From positions 149,597-213,596 of the forward strand of contig DIVR01000065.1 of the NCBI GenBank assembly GCA_002428325.1: a stretch of DNA of 64,000 bases, read 5' to 3'. Under the pieces are notes generated by a model, which saw only the letters and a list, made by a program, of their open reading frames with translations, had not been told where the DNA came from and ran no database searches. Position numbers and translations under genes: made by a program. Positions 58,663 through 64,000 of this stretch are shown here, in pieces. Within the stretch, counting starts at the first letter, position 1. Every line of letters begins with the position of its first letter. The stretch is from a bacterium UBP4_UBA6127. Lineage in GTDB: Bacteria > UBP4 > UBA4092.

Positions 58663-60630
58663 ATGGATTTTAACCGGGTTAAAGAAATAGTGTTGGGAAG
58701 AGGAAGAAACCCCCGAGATCCCCATGTGTTCCACCAGATTTCATTGATAGCCTTTCTGGCATGGATTGGACTGGGAGCTGATGGGCTTTCTTCTTCCTGT
58801 TATGGTCCTGAAGAAGCCTTTTATGCCTTGGGTGTCCATTCTCATTTTGCCCTGTTCCTGGCTTTGGCGACCGCGGTTACTGTTTTTGTCATCTCGGCCA
58901 GTTACTCACAGCTGATAGAGCTGTTTCCGACCGGCGGCGGGGGGTACCTGGTGGCAACTAAGCTCTTAGGCCCATATCCCGGGTTAGTGGCCGGTTGCGC
59001 CCTGGTGGTGGATTATGTTCTGACTATTGCGGTCTCGGTCTCCAGCGGAGCCGATGCCATTTTTAGTTTTCTGCCTTCTGCCTGGCTGCCTTTAAAACTC
59101 TGGTTCATTACGGCTGTGATTCTCTTATTGATTATCCTGAATCTCCGGGGGGTCAAGGAATCGGTCATTATTTTGACCCCGATATTTCTGACTTTTGTGG
59201 CAACTCACCTGATATTGATTCTATATAGTATTGTTCCCCACCTGGCAAATGTGCATGGTCTGGTCAGCAATACCATCCATGAGACTCATACCACCCTGCA
59301 AAACCAGGGATTCCTGGCCGTTGTGTTTATCCTGATGCGGGCTTACAGCATGGGCGGAGGAACTTATACCGGGATTGAAGCGGTCAGTAACGGTATCCAA
59401 ATCCTTCGGGAACCGAAGGTCCATACAGCTAAAAAAACCATGTTGTATATGGCCATTTCCCTGGCTTTTACCGCCGGTGGTATTATGGTGGCATATCTCC
59501 TGATGGGAGTTCACCGACAGCCGGGAATGACCCTGAACGCTGTCCTGGTCTCCATGATATCCCAGGAGTTAAACCAAAGCGGATTACCCATCGGAACCAT
59601 CTTTTTTTATGTGACTCTGGTGTCTGAAGGACTGTTATTATTCGTGGCCGCCCAGACCGGGTTCATTGATGGTCCCAGGGTCCTTGCCAATATGGCGCAG
59701 GATTCCTGGGTTCCCCGTAAATTCTCTCTGCTGAGTGACCAGTTGGTTATTAAAAATGGGATTCTATTGATGGGGTTTGCGACCCTGGTAGTGGCTCTCT
59801 GGAGCCATGGGTCAGTCAGATTCCTGGTAGTCCTTTACAGTATTAATGTCTTTCTGACCTTCACTCTCACCCAGCTGGGGATGTGTGTCCATTGGTGGCA
59901 GGAACGTAATGCCAATCCAGCCTGGAAAAAGAAAATGGCAATTAACGGGATGGGTCTTTTAATGACCCTGAGCATCCTGATTGCCACGGTCATCATCAAG
60001 TTTGAAGAAGGGGGCTGGGTTACCCTGATTATCACTTCCTTCTTTATCGGGGGATGCCTCTGGATCAAATCCCATTACAATCGGATGACCCAGCTGATTA
60101 AAAGGCTCAATGCCAGTATGTTCAGTATTCCTCTGCCGCCCTCGGTACCCAGCACTCCTTTGCGGGACCCGAAAGCGGCTACGGCTGTTCTTATGGTCAG
60201 CGGTTTTAACGGGTTGGGACTGCATTCTTTGCTGGATATCATCAAGACTTTCCCTAAGCAATATAAAAATATCGTTTTTGTATCAGTCGGCATTCTGGAT
60301 AATGCTAAATTTAAAGGAGTCAGCGAGGTCTCCAACCTGGAAGCTGATACCGTAGATAACCTTAAAAAATATGTGGATTATGCTACCCGATGGGGATTCT
60401 ATTCCGAATATCGGTATTCTATCGGAGTGGATACCATTGATGAACTGGAAAAAATTGCCAAAGAAATCAGTGAGGATTACTCTTCGGTGGTCTTTTTTGC
60501 CGGGAAACTGATGTTTAAAGAAGAAAATTTCCTGAGCCGGTTATTGCATAATCAGGCTTCCATGGCAATTCAGCGGCGGCTCTTGTATAGTGGATTTAAA
60601 ATGGTGGTATTGCCGATTCGAGCCTATTAA
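58663..60630 (+). CDS. APC-superfamily transporter with C-terminal cytoplasmic domain (KimA-like K+/H+ symporter candidate), paralog A
   Basis: About 12 TM. GADGLSSSCYGPEE and LFPTGGGGY motifs. About 200-aa soluble C-terminal domain. Confidence 0.55.
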   Translation: MDFNRVKEIVLGRGRNPRDPHVFHQISLIAFLAWIGLGADGLSSSCYGPEEAFYALGVHSHFALFLALATAVTVFVISASYSQLIELFPTGGGGYLVATKLLGPYPGLVAGCALVVDYVLTIAVSVSSGADAIFSFLPSAWLPLKLWFITAVILLLIILNLRGVKESVIILTPIFLTFVATHLILILYSIVPHLANVHGLVSNTIHETHTTLQNQGFLAVVFILMRAYSMGGGTYTGIEAVSNGIQILREPKVHTAKKTMLYMAISLAFTAGGIMVAYLLMGVHRQPGMTLNAVLVSMISQELNQSGLPIGTIFFYVTLVSEGLLLFVAAQTGFIDGPRVLANMAQDSWVPRKFSLLSDQLVIKNGILLMGFATLVVALWSHGSVRFLVVLYSINVFLTFTLTQLGMCVHWWQERNANPAWKKKMAINGMGLLMTLSILIATVIIKFEEGGWVTLIITSFFIGGCLWIKSHYNRMTQLIKRLNASMFSIPLPPSVPSTPLRDPKAATAVLMVSGFNGLGLHSLLDIIKTFPKQYKNIVFVSVGILDNAKFKGVSEVSNLEADTVDNLKKYVDYATRWGFYSEYRYSIGVDTIDELEKIAKEISEDYSSVVFFAGKLMFKEENFLSRLLHNQASMAIQRRLLYSGFKMVVLPIRAY

Positions 60631-60755
60631 AATCAACTTGATATGCATTATTCTGGCAGGGGTTGAACCAAGTCCATGATACCGACTTGGTAAACTCTGA
60701 ATCCTTCTTATGCCTTGTATTATAGGCGAGGACTCTTTATAATTTTTTTGTATTT

Positions 60756-62717
60756 ATGAAATCCATTAAAGAAATGTTATTAGGAAAACGGCGGAATCCT
60801 CTGGATCCCCATATTTTCCATCAGATATCCTTAATTGCGCTTCTGGCCTGGATTGGCCTGGGTGCCGATGGACTGAGTTCTTCGGCTTATGGTCCTGAAG
60901 AAGCCTTTCTGGCTTTAGGGCAATATACCCATCTTGCCCTTTACCTGGCCGTTGCCACCGCAGCGACTGTCTTTATTATTTCCGCCAGCTATTCCCAGCT
61001 GATTGAATTATTTCCCACCGGGGGTGGGGGATACCTGGTGGCGACTAAACTTTTGGGACCCTTTCCTGGTTTGGTAACAGGGTCTGCTTTGGTAGTCGAT
61101 TATGTTCTGACCATCGCTATCTCCATTTCCAGCGGTGTGGATGCTATCTTCAGTTTCCTTCCTCCGGCTTTAGCTATCTATAAGTTATATGTCAAAGCTT
61201 TTATGGTCATTGTTCTGGTGATTCTGAACCTCAGAGGGGTCAAAGAATCCGTAGTCATACTCACGCCTATCTTTATTACCTTTGTCGTAACCCATATTTT
61301 CCTGATTTTTTACAGTATCTTTGGGCATCTGGGTGAACTGCCCCTGATGTTGGGAGATACGGTCCGGGAGACTCATCAGGCTATTCAGACCCAGGGATTT
61401 TTTGCCATGCTCTTCATATTGTTGAGGGCATACAGTCTTGGCGGCGGTACTTATACCGGGATTGAAGCGGTCAGTAATGGAATGCAGATTCTCCGGGAAC
61501 CCAGGGTCCATACCGCCAAGAAAACCATGCTTTATATGGCAACCTCCCTTGCCTTTACCGCAGGGGGAATCCTGGTGGGATATCTGCTGATAAGAGTTCG
61601 TCCCCAGGAGGGAATGACCCTGAATGCCGTCCTGATTAATATGATTTCCCAGAATTGGAATTGGTTTGGCATTCCCATAGGAACCCTGTTTTTTTATATC
61701 ACCCTGATATCTGAAGGGTTATTGCTCTTTGTGGCTGCCCAAAGCGGATTTTTGGCAGGTCCCCGAGTTCTGGCCAATATGGCTCAGGATTCCTGGGTGC
61801 CCCATCGGTTCTCGCATCTTAGCGACCAGCTGGTAACCAAGAATGGGATATGGTTGATGGGAATGGCGGCAGTAGCTGTCATCTTGGGGTCCCATGGTTC
61901 TGTGCATGTCCTGGTAGTTCTTTATTCAATCAATGTATTTTTGACCTTTACCTCTGCCCAGTTGGGGATGTGTGTCCATTGGTGGAAGGTAAAGGATGAG
62001 GTGGACCATTGGAAACGCAAACTGACCATTAATGGCGTAGGCATGGTTCTGACTTTTGGGATATTGATAGCGACGATTACTATTAAATTTATGGAAGGCG
62101 GCTGGGTTACCCTGGCCATTACAACTTCCCTGATTGGTGTCTGTCTCTGGATTCGGGCCCATTATACCCAGATGGGGAAATATCTGAAACGGCTGGATAA
62201 AACCCTGATGAGTATTCCCCTGCCTCCGGCCGCTTCCAGTTCTCCTTTGAAAGATGCCAAAGCTCCCACAGCAGTATTGTTGGTTTCCGGATATAACGGG
62301 TTGGGTATCCATTCTCTTCTGGCTATCATCAAGGCATTCGGAAAACATTACAAGAATATTGTGTTTATCTCGGTGGGTGTCATTGATACCAGTAAATTCA
62401 AAGGGGTTCGGGAAGTCGAGAACCTTACGGAAAATACAGTTTCCAATCTTAAGAAATATGTGGATTTAGCCTCCCGGCTGGGGTACTATTCCGAATACCA
62501 TTACACCATCGGGGTGGATGTCATGGATGAGATTGAAAAGATTTGCCGGGAAACAGTGGCTGAATATCCCAACTCTATCATCTATGCCGGAAAACTGATT
62601 TTCAAAGAAGAAAACTTTATTAATCGGCTTCTCCATAACCAGGCGGCCTTGACCATCCAGAGCCGTCTTCTTTACAGTGGCATCCAAGTAGTGGTCCTTC
62701 CGATTCGAGCTCTCTAA
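60756..62717 (+). CDS. APC-superfamily transporter with C-terminal cytoplasmic domain, paralog B (tandem duplicate)
   Basis: Colinear with paralog A and highly similar throughout (same motifs, same length). A TTGTAT-17-TATAAT promoter lies immediately upstream. Confidence 0.55.
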   Translation: MKSIKEMLLGKRRNPLDPHIFHQISLIALLAWIGLGADGLSSSAYGPEEAFLALGQYTHLALYLAVATAATVFIISASYSQLIELFPTGGGGYLVATKLLGPFPGLVTGSALVVDYVLTIAISISSGVDAIFSFLPPALAIYKLYVKAFMVIVLVILNLRGVKESVVILTPIFITFVVTHIFLIFYSIFGHLGELPLMLGDTVRETHQAIQTQGFFAMLFILLRAYSLGGGTYTGIEAVSNGMQILREPRVHTAKKTMLYMATSLAFTAGGILVGYLLIRVRPQEGMTLNAVLINMISQNWNWFGIPIGTLFFYITLISEGLLLFVAAQSGFLAGPRVLANMAQDSWVPHRFSHLSDQLVTKNGIWLMGMAAVAVILGSHGSVHVLVVLYSINVFLTFTSAQLGMCVHWWKVKDEVDHWKRKLTINGVGMVLTFGILIATITIKFMEGGWVTLAITTSLIGVCLWIRAHYTQMGKYLKRLDKTLMSIPLPPAASSSPLKDAKAPTAVLLVSGYNGLGIHSLLAIIKAFGKHYKNIVFISVGVIDTSKFKGVREVENLTENTVSNLKKYVDLASRLGYYSEYHYTIGVDVMDEIEKICRETVAEYPNSIIYAGKLIFKEENFINRLLHNQAALTIQSRLLYSGIQVVVLPIRAL

Positions 62718-62802
62718 TTATTTTCTCTCCCTTTATGGTATCCTAAGGTTTTAGGAGGATACGGATGAAAGTTTGGGTATTCTATGAACGTGGGGATATT
62801 CC

Positions 62803-62835
62803 ATTCACTCCTTAGCCTGTTGAGTGAATTTTAAT
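62803..62835 (+). terminator. rho-independent terminator after transporter paralog B
   Basis: Stem ATTCACTC/GAGTGAAT with an 11-nt loop, followed by TTTTAATAT. Confidence 0.55.
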
Positions 62836-62937
62836 ATAGTTCCAAATTCTTGTGATATCTTGTTTATAAGCGGGGCTCTCCGTTGGCTTGAGATCCTGTT
62901 TAAACCAAAGAATCTTCCCTCAAGGTGGGTATGCATA

Positions 62938-63822
62938 ATGGAACTGAATAATAAGAAAATCCTGATTACAGGCGCCAGTGGCCTGGTAGGGTCAGAATTA
63001 TGCCGTCAACTGACTGCTAATAATGAAGTCTGGGGATTGGCTGGATTTCGAGTTCCTGAAATTAAAAATAAACTGGAATCCCAGGGAGTGAAAATCATTC
63101 AAAAAGATGTTATCCGGGAATCTATTTTTGACCTCCCTAAAGATTTTGATGTGATTTTCCATCAGCTGGTGATTTTATATGATGCCGATGTGGACCCTAT
63201 CCGGACTCAGAATGCCAATGCCTATTTCACCGGGAAATTGATGGAACAATGTAATGAATCAGGACTGGTGATTCTTGCTTCAACAGGAGGCGTTTATCGG
63301 GCTTCGACCGAATATGCCAGTGAGTCAGATGCCCCGGGACCCCAGGGTTGGTATTGCACTTCCAAACTGGGCATGGAATATCTGGGGACTTATATGAGCC
63401 GAAAATACCGGATTCCAGGAGTCATCTTAAGATATTACTGGCCTTATGGCATTGAGCAGGGGCGTATCACCCGAATGATAAAATCAATCCATCACGGAGA
63501 AGAAATTTCCATCAGCGCGGCTCAAGAAGACCGGTATCAACCTATTCATATTGAAGATTTGGCGAGGCTGACCATCGAATCCGTTAATCGGGCCGATATT
63601 GATCCGCCTGTTTATAATATCGCCGGGTTGGAGGAGATTACCTGGAGCCAGATGGCCCGGATGATTGGGGAAGAACTGGGTATGGAACCGAAATTTAAAA
63701 CCGATGAGGCGACACGGCTTTCCCACCTGGCGGATTTGACTCGGATGAAAGAAGAAATCGGGACACCGCATATCTCCCTCAAAGAAGGAATCCATCGGGT
63801 CAGGGTGGGACTGGGATTCTGA
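62938..63822 (+). CDS. NAD-dependent epimerase/dehydratase family protein (extended SDR)
   Basis: Rossmann motif ILITGASGLVGSEL and YxxxK-like catalytic region. Start set at MELNNKK (62938) with an AGGTGGG RBS. Confidence 0.75.
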   Translation: MELNNKKILITGASGLVGSELCRQLTANNEVWGLAGFRVPEIKNKLESQGVKIIQKDVIRESIFDLPKDFDVIFHQLVILYDADVDPIRTQNANAYFTGKLMEQCNESGLVILASTGGVYRASTEYASESDAPGPQGWYCTSKLGMEYLGTYMSRKYRIPGVILRYYWPYGIEQGRITRMIKSIHHGEEISISAAQEDRYQPIHIEDLARLTIESVNRADIDPPVYNIAGLEEITWSQMARMIGEELGMEPKFKTDEATRLSHLADLTRMKEEIGTPHISLKEGIHRVRVGLGF

Positions 63823-63867
63823 TTTTTGATTAACTCGTCCGTCCTATATGATCAAGAGCCGGTGCTT

Positions 63868-63999
63868 TCATATCGTTTCAAACCTAGCTGCCAGACGGTA
63901 AACCCCACTCCCAGGCAGCAGAATGCCACTACTGGTGTGATCCAGATAAAATGCCAGAATTCCTGCTGCCTCAAAAACCAGGTGGAAGGATAAAACCCG
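63868..63999 (-). CDS. C-terminal fragment of a hydrophobic (membrane) protein, gene continues beyond the window
   Basis: Open minus-strand frame ...RVLSFHLVFEAAGILAFYLDHTSSGILLPGSGVYRLAARFETI* running off the window end. Confidence 0.3.
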   Translation of the reverse strand, partial: RVLSFHLVFEAAGILAFYLDHTSSGILLPGSGVYRLAARFETI

Positions 64000-64000
64000 A

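Overview
This looks like a chromosomal window from a diderm bacterium with roughly 40-45% GC. The pilin architecture, the MurC-MurB fusion and the abundance of TPR proteins suggest the PVC superphylum or Omnitrophota, but this is an inference from gene content only.

Bases 1-16.9 kb (+ strand) hold a near-complete division/cell-wall (dcw) cluster: rsmH (3' end), ftsL, ftsI with a C-terminal PASTA domain, murE, murF, mraY, murD, ftsW, murG, a fused murC-murB, ftsQ, ftsA and ftsZ. There is no ddl between murB and ftsQ. A bidirectional terminator follows ftsZ.

Bases 17-24.4 kb (- strand) carry a small very basic ORF, mlaF, mlaE, dnaB, and the conserved cluster tRNA-Gln, prs, rplY, pth, rpsF, ssb, rpsR, rplI.

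Bases 24.7-40.7 kb (- strand) carry a 1137-aa TPR protein with a trypsin-like N-terminal domain, ispE, a second tiny basic ORF, a phosphohexomutase, lpxK, a TPR protein, an Eis-like GNAT, a PduO-type adenosyltransferase, ispF, ispD, a YacL-like PIN/TRAM protein, radA, and a single-MCE protein with a long coiled coil and a beta-barrel-like C-terminus.

Bases 41-45.5 kb carry rseP, proS, a standalone CheY-like receiver and a class-I glutamine amidotransferase.

Bases 45.5-64 kb are the accessory-looking part. Two adjacent GT-C membrane glycosyltransferase-like genes carry C-terminal TPR arrays: one TMTC/PMT-like and one DUF2723/TMEM260-like. They converge on two tandem type-IV-pilin-like genes. 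Pilin-2 sits behind a near-consensus sigma-54 promoter, next to a PilS/PilR-like sigma-54 two-component system and a His-rich TPR protein. Beyond these are a Rieske-DUF309-def operon, a third ArnT/PMT-like GT-C gene, two tandem paralogous APC-superfamily (KimA-like) transporters and an NAD-dependent sugar epimerase.

The most interesting hypothesis is a pilin-associated protein O-glycosylation (O-mannosylation-like) locus regulated by a sigma-54 PilSR system. A 32-nt palindromic repeat occurs twice, 12.5 kb apart. Two paralogous about 30-aa hyper-basic ORFs are also flagged.
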